A stretch of 63,835 bases of DNA, filler included, from Trichomonas gallinae (lineage: Eukaryota): assembly GCA_008369845.1 (NCBI GenBank). It is 9 parts of 9 records of this genome, joined end to end, with 100 filler letters (N's around TTAATTAATTAA, not from the genome) between each part and the next. Parts side by side here need not be neighbours in the genome. Positions count along the whole stretch, not along the records: positions 1 to 13,963 come from MRSU01001572.1; positions 14,064 to 35,344 come from MRSU01001574.1; 7 more parts are not named here. One strand, given 5' to 3'. The notes beneath the pieces are model-generated. The model was not told the origin of the DNA. It saw only the letters and a list, made by a program, of their open reading frames with translations, and ran no database searches. Position numbers and translations under genes: made by a program. The number at the start of each line of letters is the position of its first letter. The stretch's first letter is position 1. Below, piece after piece: positions 11,465 through 22,743 of the stretch.

Positions 11465-12111
11465 CCGATTTGATTTTTGACATGGCAAACTGACAGAAAT
11501 CTTTATAAAAGGGTCTGCCCCTCTTTTGATAAATTCGACACCTGACGCTTTACATCGTCAGAATTTATAAAAAGTGACATATTCATTTTTGAAGCGCAGA
11601 TATCTTATTTATGTTTAGCATATAATATTTCTCATTTTTATAACTAAGGAGTGGACACATGGTCTTGAAAATCCCTCATTTGTATAGAGTTTGAATTCAT
11701 CTTAAGATTGAAAATATCTGAACGATTTCATATTCTAGGGATGTGCGAACTGACAATTTAATGATGAATTCACTGATTTTGGATTCAGGATTCTCTTGAG
11801 AAAAAGGGATTCTGCTTTCCTTTTCGTGCACTCATTAAACTAGCTCTTTTCGTTCTCTAATAAAAAGTAAGAATTCGCACATCTCTTCATCTTCATAAAT
11901 ATTCTCGCGATAGATTTGGATTCTTTCAAGCTATTAGGGTGTATAGTATACTATCATATTTACCTACTAGATTAGTTATGTTCTAATCACATACTTCAAT
12001 TATAAACATGGAAACTTTTTGACAAAATGTTGGGAATTTTTTAAAACTTTACATGGCAAGTTTAATAATTCTAAACGGTCACTTTTGGAAATTAGCCAAG
12101 AAAAAAAAATA

Positions 12112-13806
12112 ATGAGTGTTTATGTTAATCTTATTAACAAAGTTTTGCAGGCCGTAAAAGACGGACAAGACACAAGCAGGTATGTCAGCACCATCGCTGA
12201 TATGATGGACGCTTTCTTGTACATCCCTGAGTTTTTCGAATTACCATATGAAATTATTGCAGAGTCTTTCAAGAAATCGGACCATGAATTTACTAAGGTA
12301 GAGCTTCTCTACATAGTCGAGAGTATGGCATACAAATTTAAGCTTTCTACGGACCAGGCCGTTCCACCAATCAAAGCCGCGCCAGAAAAAATGAATGGCG
12401 AGCGCGTCGTTCAGATCATTGGTGAATACGTGAACTGGGAACCAAATCCACAGGCCCCACTCGCAGAGCCTCCATATTCAAGCGAAATTCCGCCACTAAT
12501 TTACGAACTGATCAAGAGCAGGCAGGATAGACGCCTCAAGAAGATCAGCAAACAGTCAAATGCAGAATTCGAGCAAGTTAAGAAACAATCACTCGAACTT
12601 CAAGCGCAAATAGCTAAAATGGGCAACGGACCACAGGAAATCGAGCATAAGACAGAAAATGAGCTAAATGAGCTTGCAAAGCAGCATCAAACTACAATGG
12701 ATAACAAAGCTGAAGAATTAAACACCTTAACCGAAGATGTTGCAGAAGTTCAGCGTCGTTTACAACAAGTTATATCAGAAAATGTTCATCAGTCCCAAAT
12801 GCGCGAAACAGCCGAGAAAAATAAAGTTATTCTTTCAGATCTTAATTCTCGCCTCGCAACTGAGCTCGATAGCCTTCATGATCTCATTGCATCACTCAGT
12901 GGCGGAAAGACTAGCCAGGAATTACGCGAAGAAAAGGCTCAAAAAGAGAAAGAAGAATTAGAGCGCAAGATGCACGAAATTCCAAAGGTAATGGAGAGAA
13001 AATTCACAATCCCAGCCAAACCAACAACAATCGCACCTATATATGGACCGAAAGATAAAACAAAACTTCCGAAGAAGATCAAAACAATTTTCGATGCAAT
13101 TGCTCTTAACGACATTGCAGCAGTTCGCAGCATGCTCGAGAAGTCTCCGCGTCTTGCTCGTGAGCTCGGTGATAACAGAACAACACCACTCCACGAAGCA
13201 TGCAAGAAGAAAGCTGCTGAAATCGTTCAGGAACTCATATCACATGGCGCAGACGTCAACGCGAAGGATATGTGGAGCATGACGCCTCTCCACTATGCTG
13301 GCATCACGACTAACGAAACAACTATCGCGATCTTGATTGATAACAAGGCCGATAGATCAATAAAGAACAGAAATGGTTTGACAGCTCTCGACTTGATTGA
13401 AGACAGAGATAAGTCAAGGCAGCAGTTGTTCTCTGATGTTGAGAATGGCGACAAGAAGGGCATTGCGGCGATCTTAAAGAAGTGGCCGGACATGGTCCAC
13501 TACAACTTTAACAATGGCATGACACCAATGCATTTGGCTGCAGCTTACGAGAAGCCAGACGTAATGGAGCTCCTCTTGCAGTGGGGTGCAAACATAAATA
13601 TCCAAGATGATAACAAGGAGACGCCATTCCACTATGCCTGCAAGTACGGAAAAGATATCTCAATTCAGTTCCTCATCGACCACGGCGCAGACTACCACGC
13701 ACTTAACAATAATGAAAGGATGCCGTTCGATTTCTATTCTGATGATGAAGGTGAAAAACCCGAAGAAAAGAAGAAACCTGACAATAACGAAGAAGGAATT
13801 GATTAA
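12112..13806 (+). CDS. Coiled-coil plus ankyrin-repeat protein
   Basis: TPLH, TPMH and TPFH ankyrin repeats in the C-terminal half, central heptads. ATG at 12112 follows a TCACT initiator at 12079. Confidence 0.85.
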   Translation: MSVYVNLINKVLQAVKDGQDTSRYVSTIADMMDAFLYIPEFFELPYEIIAESFKKSDHEFTKVELLYIVESMAYKFKLSTDQAVPPIKAAPEKMNGERVVQIIGEYVNWEPNPQAPLAEPPYSSEIPPLIYELIKSRQDRRLKKISKQSNAEFEQVKKQSLELQAQIAKMGNGPQEIEHKTENELNELAKQHQTTMDNKAEELNTLTEDVAEVQRRLQQVISENVHQSQMRETAEKNKVILSDLNSRLATELDSLHDLIASLSGGKTSQELREEKAQKEKEELERKMHEIPKVMERKFTIPAKPTTIAPIYGPKDKTKLPKKIKTIFDAIALNDIAAVRSMLEKSPRLARELGDNRTTPLHEACKKKAAEIVQELISHGADVNAKDMWSMTPLHYAGITTNETTIAILIDNKADRSIKNRNGLTALDLIEDRDKSRQQLFSDVENGDKKGIAAILKKWPDMVHYNFNNGMTPMHLAAAYEKPDVMELLLQWGANINIQDDNKETPFHYACKYGKDISIQFLIDHGADYHALNNNERMPFDFYSDDEGEKPEEKKKPDNNEEGID

Positions 13807-13963
13807 AGATAATCCCTCAAAATCTTTATTTTATTTCTCCCCCATTTTATATTAATTTTATTGTCAATTTATTTGAATGTTGGAAATACCCAGTTTTGCC
13901 ACAGTTTGCACTAGGTCCTATTATAGGGGGTGAATCTAACAAATCATATAAATATGACAAAAT

Positions 13964-14063
13964 NNNNNNNNNNNNNNNNNNNNNNNNNNNNNNNNNNNNN
14001 NNNNNNNTTAATTAATTAANNNNNNNNNNNNNNNNNNNNNNNNNNNNNNNNNNNNNNNNNNNN
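13964..14063. other. Artificial contig linker
   Basis: 44N-TTAATTAATTAA-44N, which gives stops in all six frames. Confidence 0.98.
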
Positions 14064-14215
14064 TTAAGAACCTTGAAGATGTAGGAAGAGAATGTCTCAG
14101 CACGCTTCTTGTGGCGGAGCTTCTTATCCTGCTTGGCAGCGTTGGCCGCATCGACGCCCTCGACGGCTGGCTTCTTCTCTGTTGGTGTTTTGGATGCTGG
14201 CTTCTTGGAAGACAT
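14064..14215 (-). CDS. H2B: Histone H2B, 5' part (cut by contig end)
   Basis: Lys-rich tail followed by [15 protein letters not shown]. Confidence 0.92.
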
Positions 14216-14223
14216 CTAAAAAT

Positions 14224-14228
14224 AATGA
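14224..14228 (-). promoter_or_regulatory. Initiator (Inr) TCATT of H2B
   Basis: TCATT 8 nt before the ATG. Similar Inr sites precede other genes (21546 +, 12079 +, 55776-55780 -). Confidence 0.6.
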
Positions 14229-14556
14229 CTGTTTACATGGCGCCAGACCATCTCTATCGTACTACCAATTTTATGGGGGTGCAAAACGGCACATTTCGAA
14301 AAAATCAAATTCGCCACTTTACTCCCCAAAAAATAAAACCAAAGCAATTTCATATAAACCATACAATTACTACACTTGATTCAACAGATTTTTAATTTTT
14401 TTTTACAAAAAATCATTTAATCAAACGAATAAATGTAAATTCTACAGCATCCAATTGCATAAGATACCTTATATTGCTAAGATATAGATATGGATCTGAT
14501 GAGAAAAATATGTAAATTGAAACAGATTAAAAGAGATAATTTAACAAATATATGAA

Positions 14557-16167
14557 TTAAGCTACAGCGTCATCATCATGTGGGCGAGTTATCCTTTGAA
14601 TGATTCTCCTTCTTCTGGCTATTGCTGCCTCAGACGGTCCGCCGACAATGTCTTCTTGCGCGAGAGGAAGACCCTGCTCAAGAGCGCGGCGGGCCTTCTT
14701 AGGGATATGGCCTTTCTCCTGAATGATGTTGTTTTCATAGAGAGAAGAGAACTGCGGCAAAAGCTCATCACCGCCGTCATCCTCTATCACAGGTGTGTAG
14801 CTTGGGTCGATGTCTTCTGCATCATCGTCTTTCGTCGTGGAATCCTCTTTAGTGGCGACATCATCCCTCACTGCATCATCCTTTGGCGCTGGCGTGACTG
14901 CTACTGGTGCTGGTGCCTTTGGGACTGGCTTCTTGAGAGCTGGTGGAAGGAAATAGCGAGATCTTAATTCTGTCGGCATCTTTCCAACGAACTGGATCAT
15001 TCTGTTCCATTTCTTCATCTGGTGCTCGTTGTCGCATGGATAAGCCAAGTTGAAGCCTCCAAGCGACTGTGGCGGCTTGTTGGCTGATGCATTGATTGCT
15101 GCAATGAGCTCTGGGTCCTTCTGCATGCGTTCTGGCCACTCCTCGGCAAGAGTCTCGGAGTAGTTCTTGATGACATACTTCTGAAGCTCAGGCGATGGAG
15201 CAACGATTTGCATTGCATCAGAAAGCATTGCCATCTTCATCTTGCGCTCATATGGTGTGTTTGTCTCTAATGATGGGCGGTAGTTGCACTCGAGGATGTA
15301 AGGATTTAAGTCGTTGTCGATGAGAACATCAATTCCCAAAATCTGGAAGCAACGCTGATATCCGATTCTCGGGCACTGGCGTTCCATGCCTTGCTGGAGG
15401 AACTTTGAGGCAGTGATGACAGCAGATACGATTGCCCTGTCAATTTTCGTCCAAAGCTTTTGAACGTTGTGACCCTGGCTGTCGAGGTCCTTCATTATAT
15501 CAGCAATCATCTTCACGATCTGTGTCATGATAACATCCGGGTTCTTCTTGTTGAGAGACTTGTTCGTGAGCTCTGAAAAAACAGAATTTTCTGCTGCCTT
15601 CTTAGAACAGAAACGGGCGACTCCATTCCTGTAAACATAGACTCGGAGCGGATTGACTGATGCGATGAGTGCATAGATCCTGAAATCAAATTTGTAGCCA
15701 TCGATCAAAAGCGACGGAATGTACTCTTGAGCAACGCTGAGCCTCTCTATTGTTGGAGGAGTATCACCGATCTCAACAATTGTAATTCCTTCGCCGAGAG
15801 AGCCTCTATCAGGTTTGACGATATACTTTTTTTCTTTCTTGAGGACTTCAGCGTTGAACTGTTCCTGCTGCAATGGGACAAGGAAGCTCTTGGGGAGGAA
15901 TTTGAATTGCGAGGGGAAAGTTTGCGCTGTTCGTTGAATAAGTCTAACGAATGGAGCTTTTCTGCACAAAACATTCACCATCGGGAACCTATTGACAATC
16001 TGCCATGGCTTCAACTGCCCGTAGAAATCCTTTTTTCTCAGATCATCCCACCAGACTAAAACAGCTGTTGGGTCATCCTTCTTGAAAGAGTAGTCAGCCA
16101 TTCTCATGCTGTCCCTAATAAGTGTTTTGTACAACAAATGACCCTCAGTCGCGTTGTACTTAGTCAT
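14557..16167 (-). CDS. Tubulin-tyrosine ligase-like (TTLL) glutamylase
   Basis: QIVNRFP, YIVKPDRGSLGEGI, QEYI, KFDFRIY, CFQILGIDV, ILECNYRPSL. Confidence 0.9.
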   Translation of the reverse strand: MTKYNATEGHLLYKTLIRDSMRMADYSFKKDDPTAVLVWWDDLRKKDFYGQLKPWQIVNRFPMVNVLCRKAPFVRLIQRTAQTFPSQFKFLPKSFLVPLQQEQFNAEVLKKEKKYIVKPDRGSLGEGITIVEIGDTPPTIERLSVAQEYIPSLLIDGYKFDFRIYALIASVNPLRVYVYRNGVARFCSKKAAENSVFSELTNKSLNKKNPDVIMTQIVKMIADIMKDLDSQGHNVQKLWTKIDRAIVSAVITASKFLQQGMERQCPRIGYQRCFQILGIDVLIDNDLNPYILECNYRPSLETNTPYERKMKMAMLSDAMQIVAPSPELQKYVIKNYSETLAEEWPERMQKDPELIAAINASANKPPQSLGGFNLAYPCDNEHQMKKWNRMIQFVGKMPTELRSRYFLPPALKKPVPKAPAPVAVTPAPKDDAVRDDVATKEDSTTKDDDAEDIDPSYTPVIEDDGGDELLPQFSSLYENNIIQEKGHIPKKARRALEQGLPLAQEDIVGGPSEAAIARRRRIIQRITRPHDDDAVA

Positions 16168-16780
16168 CTAAAATAGAAAAAAAGCGAAAAAAAAATTTGC
16201 TAAACCAAAAAAAAAATCTGACGATAGAAAATCGCCGATATGGAAAATTCGAGATTAAAAACGGAGACTATGTGTAGAGCGTTGGATCTAACTTCGGAGC
16301 ACATTTTCGATTTTTTTGTGTTTTTGCAATTGTTTTCATACAGAAAATCGTTTCGGATAATATTACGAAAAAAATGTATTCAAAAACTGAATAATTTACG
16401 TTCTTTGAAATTTTGAGAGTGAGTGTAATGACAATAATACATTTATCCGATGTTTTTTTAAATTGTTAAAAAAACGAAATATTTATTTGTCAGAAATATT
16501 TTTTACATTTCAGAAAAATCATAATAATTCTTTTACATGTCAAAAAAATAAAATTGTTAAAATTACATGGTAAAATAAATATCTGTCAGATATTAACATT
16601 GTTTATTTTATAAGTCAAAAAATTAGGATTGTCAATATTTACATGTCAAAATTGTCAGAAAAAATATTTTATTTGTCAGAAAATATGATTTTCTAAATTT
16701 ACATGTAAAAATCATTATACTAATTTTAAAATTTGTCAGAAAATTAGAATTGTTAATTTTATTTGTCAAAAAAAATTAGA

Positions 16781-17431
16781 ATGATTAGAAAGTGGTATCT
16801 TAATTTTTACCGCTTAGATGCAACAAGCGGCAGCATTCCTGCTGTCGTGGCAGAAGACACAAAGAGGAAGGCACGATTGCTGATCAATGTAATAGGCTAT
16901 ATCATAGACTTGATGTCCGTTTATCATATGATATTATGCGGAATGGCCTTAGCATACATTATTATACTTCAATCAGCCAAAGATCATCAGATTTGGATGT
17001 CTTATTTCGTCAGATTAACTCAATTCGCGGACTATTTCTTTTATATTTCATCATTCTTGATCTTTATATGTGTTTTCATCTTCGCAGGTGTGTTACACAT
17101 CGTAAAATGGGACCCTATTCCAAAATACGTATTAATAGCATCAGCTTTTGTCCTTTTAGTTTCTCTATTTTCAACAACATACGCTTTGCCCATGTCATTG
17201 ATGGTCACGAAACTTAATTTTCAAGTAAACTACTGGTACAAGACATCAGTTGCCATGGATACAATTATTCCAGAATTATATAATGTTTATAGGCCACTTG
17301 CGATATTTAGAATGATCACGATCATCATTACATCCCCATTCATGGCGTATTTTACTAGTGATTGCCGTGGAGGGGCTTGGGAATCATTATTGAAATTAAT
17401 GGATACCCATGAACATAAGAAACCTAGTTAA
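16781..17431 (+). CDS. Hypothetical multi-pass membrane protein
   Basis: About four hydrophobic segments. First ATG at 16781. Confidence 0.6.
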   Translation: MIRKWYLNFYRLDATSGSIPAVVAEDTKRKARLLINVIGYIIDLMSVYHMILCGMALAYIIILQSAKDHQIWMSYFVRLTQFADYFFYISSFLIFICVFIFAGVLHIVKWDPIPKYVLIASAFVLLVSLFSTTYALPMSLMVTKLNFQVNYWYKTSVAMDTIIPELYNVYRPLAIFRMITIIITSPFMAYFTSDCRGGAWESLLKLMDTHEHKKPS

Positions 17432-17514
17432 GAAAATATTTAGTTTTGAATTAAATAATAGGTTGTGTTTTGTGTTTAAAGATAATAAATAGACAAAAAT
17501 ATAATATAAATTCT

Positions 17515-18750
17515 TCAATCGCTGTATGTGTAGTAGTAAGAATAGCTGTCTGAATAGTAGCTGTAGGAGTAATCCTGCTTCTTGTCATCAGTCTTTGGTT
17601 CTTCCTCCTTCTTCGGTTCTTCCTTTACCGATTCCTCCTTTGGCTTATCCTTCTTGTGCTTCTTGTGGTCCTTGTGGTCCTTATGCTTTGGCTCTTCTTC
17701 CTTCTTTGGCTCGGGGACAGGCTCTGGTTTCGGCTCCTCCTTTGGTGGCTCTGGCTTCGGCTCCTCCTTCTTTGGCTCTGGTTTCGGTTCTTCCTTCTTT
17801 GGCTCTGGTTTCGGCTCCTCCTTTGGTGGCTCGTTGATGACGATGGCTGAGGATGATGTTGAGTAGGATTTCTCTTCGTCTTTGACTGGCATAGATTTCG
17901 GTTGCTCCTCCTTCTTTGGCTGATCTGGAGCTGGTCCGATCTTGGCAGGTGCGACAAGAGGCTTTGCTGGTGGTGGGGCTGTCTGTGGAACTGGTGGTGG
18001 CTGGTGCTGTTCGAGCATCTTGATTGTATTTTGCTTTGCCTTGTCGTTTTGAGCCTTGTTACGGCGGTACATGATGACATCGAATGTTGTGATGTTCTTC
18101 TTGATCAAGCAGAAGTGCAATCCGAGCAAGAAAGTGATGAAATATTCAATACCAAGATTCATGAAGAGCAATAAACCGTGGAGAACATACCAGAGTGGCT
18201 TTGGAACCTTCAATCCGCCGTAAAACTGCGATGCTAATGTGATCATTGAGCCATTGTCGAGTGTGATGCCCATGATGATGTAAAGAGACAAGAAAGACTC
18301 GACGAGAGCGGCAATATACAAAAAGATGATACCACTGAAGAAGTAGTTATAGTTATCATTGGTAACACAGTTATTTAAGAAGAAACAGTGATGGTCAAAA
18401 TTAAGACGACACAGATTGCAAGATCGGCAGTGTTTGGCTTTGAGATCAACGTTTCTCTTGCACCATTTGCAATGCATATAACGTTCTTTAGATTCGTCTG
18501 GCAAAATTGCTGAACGGTGTTTTTCGAGTGATGCGCGAATGAATAAGCAATTAAAAATGACCCAGCTTAAGCAAAAGATGATCGTACATATGATTCTCTC
18601 AAGCATTAGCAAAGATGGGAAAATAATTAAAAAATAAGCAGCGATCATGATGAAATAGCCAACCCATGACAATATCTGCTCGTAATGGAGAGGCCTGGTA
18701 TACCCATTTCGCGTGTTTATCAGTGGCGCGGGCGGCGTATCCTCTGTCAT
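17515..18750 (-). CDS. DHHC palmitoyltransferase (ZDHHC1/11-like) with a low-complexity tail
   Basis: RNG...PLH..Q, CKWC..KAKHCRSCNLCRLNFDHHCFFLNNCV, TTF motif, 4 TMs. Confidence 0.93.
   Translation of the reverse strand: MTEDTPPAPLINTRNGYTRPLHYEQILSWVGYFIMIAAYFLIIFPSLLMLERIICTIIFCLSWVIFNCLFIRASLEKHRSAILPDESKERYMHCKWCKRNVDLKAKHCRSCNLCRLNFDHHCFFLNNCVTNDNYNYFFSGIIFLYIAALVESFLSLYIIMGITLDNGSMITLASQFYGGLKVPKPLWYVLHGLLLFMNLGIEYFITFLLGLHFCLIKKNITTFDVIMYRRNKAQNDKAKQNTIKMLEQHQPPPVPQTAPPPAKPLVAPAKIGPAPDQPKKEEQPKSMPVKDEEKSYSTSSSAIVINEPPKEEPKPEPKKEEPKPEPKKEEPKPEPPKEEPKPEPVPEPKKEEEPKHKDHKDHKKHKKDKPKEESVKEEPKKEEEPKTDDKKQDYSYSYYSDSYSYYYTYSD
17690..17830 (-). repeat. 27-nt coding tandem repeat (EPKPEPKKE)
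   Basis: About 4 copies within the DHHC tail. Confidence 0.8.
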
Positions 18751-19433
18751 TCACAGAAAAAATAGTTTTGAAAAAGCTTCAATAAATTTTTTTCGAATGT
18801 ATTAGTGACAAATGTTATTATATTTCGCTTTAAAAAAAAAAGACGTTATTCACAAAATTTTGCCCCTGACACGTAAACTATATATACATGGCAAATTAAA
18901 ATCAAATCTGTCGTGTAAACTATATACATGGCAAATAACTATTATTTTTGTCGTGTATTATTATTTTACACGACTAAAATGATTTTTGGTATGTCAAATA
19001 TAATTATCTGGCCAAAAATATTTTTGGCAGGTCAAATAAGGATATATGGACAAAAATTAAAATATTTGCCCATTTTGATTATGATAGTTTTCAATTCTGA
19101 TCTTTTCACTTTTTCAGAATCGTAGTTTCCTACTTTTTCTTTTGACATGTAAAATAAATAGCAAAAATAATATTGGCAAGTCAAATAAAAATACCTAACC
19201 AAAAAAATATATTTGACATGTAAAATATAAAAACATGGTTAAAAATCAAAAATGTTGTAAAAATTCTAATTATGCAATATATGATTATTTTCATTTCTGA
19301 AACACTCACTTTTTCAGAATCGTAGTTTACATAATTCTATTTTGACATGTAAAGTATAAATACATGACAAAAATATTTTCGACAAGTAAAATGGATTACA
19401 TGTCAGGAAGATTTTAGAGGCACATAATATATT

Positions 19434-20957
19434 ATGAAGAATAAGAAGCAGAATACTACATATTTTGACATATTTGGAGATGTCCAAACGGAAGTTGGTG
19501 TCCATGAAAACGCAAATAAGACAGAAATAAATCCAATTGGAGTGAGAAATTTCGTTTTATCGATATTTAATCTAGTTTCTATACCAAAATGGGCTAAAAT
19601 TGAACACTCATCACTCGTAAAGCGCGTTATATTCCTCTATTTTCACGGTATTGACCAGTTAAAGTTTCTACAATATCATGATGAAATATCAAAATTCCAT
19701 GAACTGAAAGAAAACGGATTTCCAGCAGTAATTTTAGCATCATTGAAAGGAATGAGGATAATTCCCCCTGAGCAATCGCTTCTCGGATACGCAATTAATC
19801 CAAAAGAACTGAAAACATTTACAAGCCTCGAAGAAATGCTTTTATCTGAGCACAAATTGCTTGATAACGGATTTCCTCTTCCATTCAATCCAGATCGCGA
19901 TGATTGGAAAGGGAAACACAGATTCGAAGAATTCGGTGTGAAACCGCTCACAGAGGAAGAATTATCAAGATACAAATACTTGCCAGACCATGTAGAAGGC
20001 GCACAGAAAGTCATAGCGCTAGATTGCGAAATGATCGAAACAACATCAGAAGATGGCGTGAAACATGATGAGCTCGCGCGTCTTTCAGTTGTCGACGAGA
20101 AAGGAAACACAATCATCGACGAATTCTTCAAGCCAGTCTTCCATGTTTCAGATCTAAGAACACACGTTTCCGGCGTCACACAAGAATCAATCGACTCCGC
20201 GAAACTTTCATCAAACGAAGGCATAAACAAATTAGCTGAAGTCGCCGACAAAGAAACAATCATAGTTGGCCATGGCCTTGAGAATGACTTCAAAGCTTTA
20301 CTACTATTCCACATGCGCGTCGTTGATACTTCTCTTATTTACAACAACGAAAAAGGCGTCACTTACCCTAGGAAGCCGAAGCTCTCTAATCTATATCAGA
20401 AGTATTTCAAGAAGGAGATGCGAGAAGATAATAAGCCGCATGATTCCGTTGATGATGCTCGTGCTGCTTTAGAGCTTGCTAAGTTCTGCCTAAACCATGC
20501 TGTTTCTAATGTTCCAATCCCTCCAAAGATCCCAGACATGTTCCAGCAGCTTCTAAAGACTGTCTCTAAAATGGACATATTGACTCATGAAAGGATGACT
20601 AACTACCAGGGTCTTGATGAGCGCGTGAACTGCATCATGGAGGACGAAGATGGACCGAGAGCTGACAAACTCATCGACTGCATAAAGAACCACGACAGTG
20701 AGTTCGTATTCGCCTTCTTCAACGGAATGGCAAGGTGCGAAGTCGTCGACGAGGAGGAGAGAAAAGAGGCGAAATTCTACAATGATGTCCTAGGTCGTGT
20801 CATGGAAGTTATGCCTAAGTCATCGGTCTTAGTTGTCTACAGCGGTGGAGGATCAACAAGGAGAATTTCCGAAATTAAGATCCAGCAGGCTAAAAACGCT
20901 GAAATCTCCAAAGTGCGACAAGGCCTCCTCTGGGCAAAAGCTACTCCCCCAGAATAA
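19434..20957 (+). CDS. DEDDh RNA exonuclease (REX1/REXO-like)
   Basis: ALDCEM, LARLSVVD, VGHGLENDF, VVDTS, HDSVDDA. Confidence 0.9.
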   Translation: MKNKKQNTTYFDIFGDVQTEVGVHENANKTEINPIGVRNFVLSIFNLVSIPKWAKIEHSSLVKRVIFLYFHGIDQLKFLQYHDEISKFHELKENGFPAVILASLKGMRIIPPEQSLLGYAINPKELKTFTSLEEMLLSEHKLLDNGFPLPFNPDRDDWKGKHRFEEFGVKPLTEEELSRYKYLPDHVEGAQKVIALDCEMIETTSEDGVKHDELARLSVVDEKGNTIIDEFFKPVFHVSDLRTHVSGVTQESIDSAKLSSNEGINKLAEVADKETIIVGHGLENDFKALLLFHMRVVDTSLIYNNEKGVTYPRKPKLSNLYQKYFKKEMREDNKPHDSVDDARAALELAKFCLNHAVSNVPIPPKIPDMFQQLLKTVSKMDILTHERMTNYQGLDERVNCIMEDEDGPRADKLIDCIKNHDSEFVFAFFNGMARCEVVDEEERKEAKFYNDVLGRVMEVMPKSSVLVVYSGGGSTRRISEIKIQQAKNAEISKVRQGLLWAKATPPE

Positions 20958-21566
20958 CAATAATATAATAGAGTTAATAAATGTTTTATATTATTTTATA
21001 TTTATAGCTCACCATTCATTTATATACATTTATTATAATTGTATGCTTTGAAAGAAGATGATATAGAGTCCTAGGAAAAAAGGGAAAACAAAAATCACCC
21101 AAAATATTTATTGATAAAATAGATACTATACCAGATTACAATGTGATATTCATGGTTTAAAGATTTAACCTTAATTTTAAAAAGAGGCTTTTTATAAAAT
21201 CTGACATTTGACGCTTTACAAGTCATTAAAAAAATGTACTATTCTTTTGTCTAATTCGCCAAGATATTCTGTATCATTATCCAATTACATATCCAAAACA
21301 ACGGAGAATTTATGTTTATATCTAAAAATTATGATGGGCCACAAATTAATTCAAAAAAAAATTATTTTTCTGAGAGTTTCAGATAATTTTACTATATTAA
21401 TATCTATATTATAATAAATAATATTAACAAGTCTCATCAAAATGATCTAAAAACATGAAAAAATTGCTATATATCATATATAGGATTTATTCTTAAGAAA
21501 ATCAGGGATCAGAAAAAAAAAAGAGAAAAAAATTGAGAACGAAGGTCATTTAAAAAAATTTTTTTA

Positions 21567-22607
21567 ATGTTTTCCATTGATGCTTTTATTAGTAAAATTA
21601 TCAAGAGCCGTTTTACGTCAGGGAACAGGAAGCAGAAGAAGCAGCTCCATCACTTTGATGCCCGCGAAGTTACAGAAGTTTTAAATAACGGATCCGAAGT
21701 CCTTAAAAACGACCCTATTTTACTTAAGCTCCCAGCAAATATCACTATAGTAGGAGACTTACACGGAAACATCGATGATCTTTTAAGAATATTCACTCGC
21801 TGTGGTTATCCACCAGAAACAAACTATATTTTCCTCGGTGACTATGTTGACAGGGGAGAGAACTCAATTGAAGTATTTCTTATGCTTTTATCCCTTAAAA
21901 TCAAGTTCCCAGAGAATATTTACTTGTTGAGAGGAAACCATGAGTCGAATTCGATGACAGGAATCTACGGATTCAGGGCAGAGGTCAGGAGGAGACTCAA
22001 CAAACAGATGTATTTCAAGTTTTTAGACTGTTTCAAGACTCTTCCGATCGCTGCAGTCATCGATAACAGAGTATTTTGCGTCCACGGTGGAATCTCAAAG
22101 GAATTGCACAAAGTTGAGCAGCTTTCCAATCTCAGAAAACCAAATGAAATTCCGTTATCTGGAATTATCTCAGATATGCTCTGGTCCGATCCAATGGACT
22201 ATGTAGACACATTTTTACCAAGTGACCGCGGTGTTGGTGCCCTCTTTGGCGCTAAACCGCTTCAAAAATTTTTGGATGATAATAAGCTTGAATTGCTTGT
22301 TAGATCCCACGAATCCTGCGACAAGGGATTCAACTGGCCATTCGAAGGACAGGAAGTTGGCAGCCACAGCTGTCTTACAATCTTTAGCAGCAGCAATTAT
22401 TGTGATGAGTGCAATGATAGCGCAGTCCTAAGTGTTCCAAAGGACGGAGACTATCAAATCATCTCATTTACTCACGGCAAACAGGTCAGATTTGCATTAC
22501 CAAAGTGGTTAATCAATTCACAGCCTGTTGAGAAACCTTTATCACCAGCGGAAGACGAGATTCCGACAAGCATCTCCAGTGCAGACTTCCTCCTTCTTAC
22601 GGCTTAA
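21567..22607 (+). CDS. PPP-family Ser/Thr phosphatase (PP1-like)
   Basis: GDLHG, GDYVDRG, RGNHE, HGG, LWSDP, RSHE, FSSSNY. Confidence 0.95.
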   Translation: MFSIDAFISKIIKSRFTSGNRKQKKQLHHFDAREVTEVLNNGSEVLKNDPILLKLPANITIVGDLHGNIDDLLRIFTRCGYPPETNYIFLGDYVDRGENSIEVFLMLLSLKIKFPENIYLLRGNHESNSMTGIYGFRAEVRRRLNKQMYFKFLDCFKTLPIAAVIDNRVFCVHGGISKELHKVEQLSNLRKPNEIPLSGIISDMLWSDPMDYVDTFLPSDRGVGALFGAKPLQKFLDDNKLELLVRSHESCDKGFNWPFEGQEVGSHSCLTIFSSSNYCDECNDSAVLSVPKDGDYQIISFTHGKQVRFALPKWLINSQPVEKPLSPAEDEIPTSISSADFLLLTA

Positions 22608-22743
22608 TATTATTGTTTTCTATCTTAAAATTAAATTATTATTCATGAATATAATACACATGTGAAAGAAAATATAATATAAAACATGCATAAGCTGCAT
22701 CCAACCCTTTATTCAAATTAAACAAATGGTTAGATGCAAAAAA

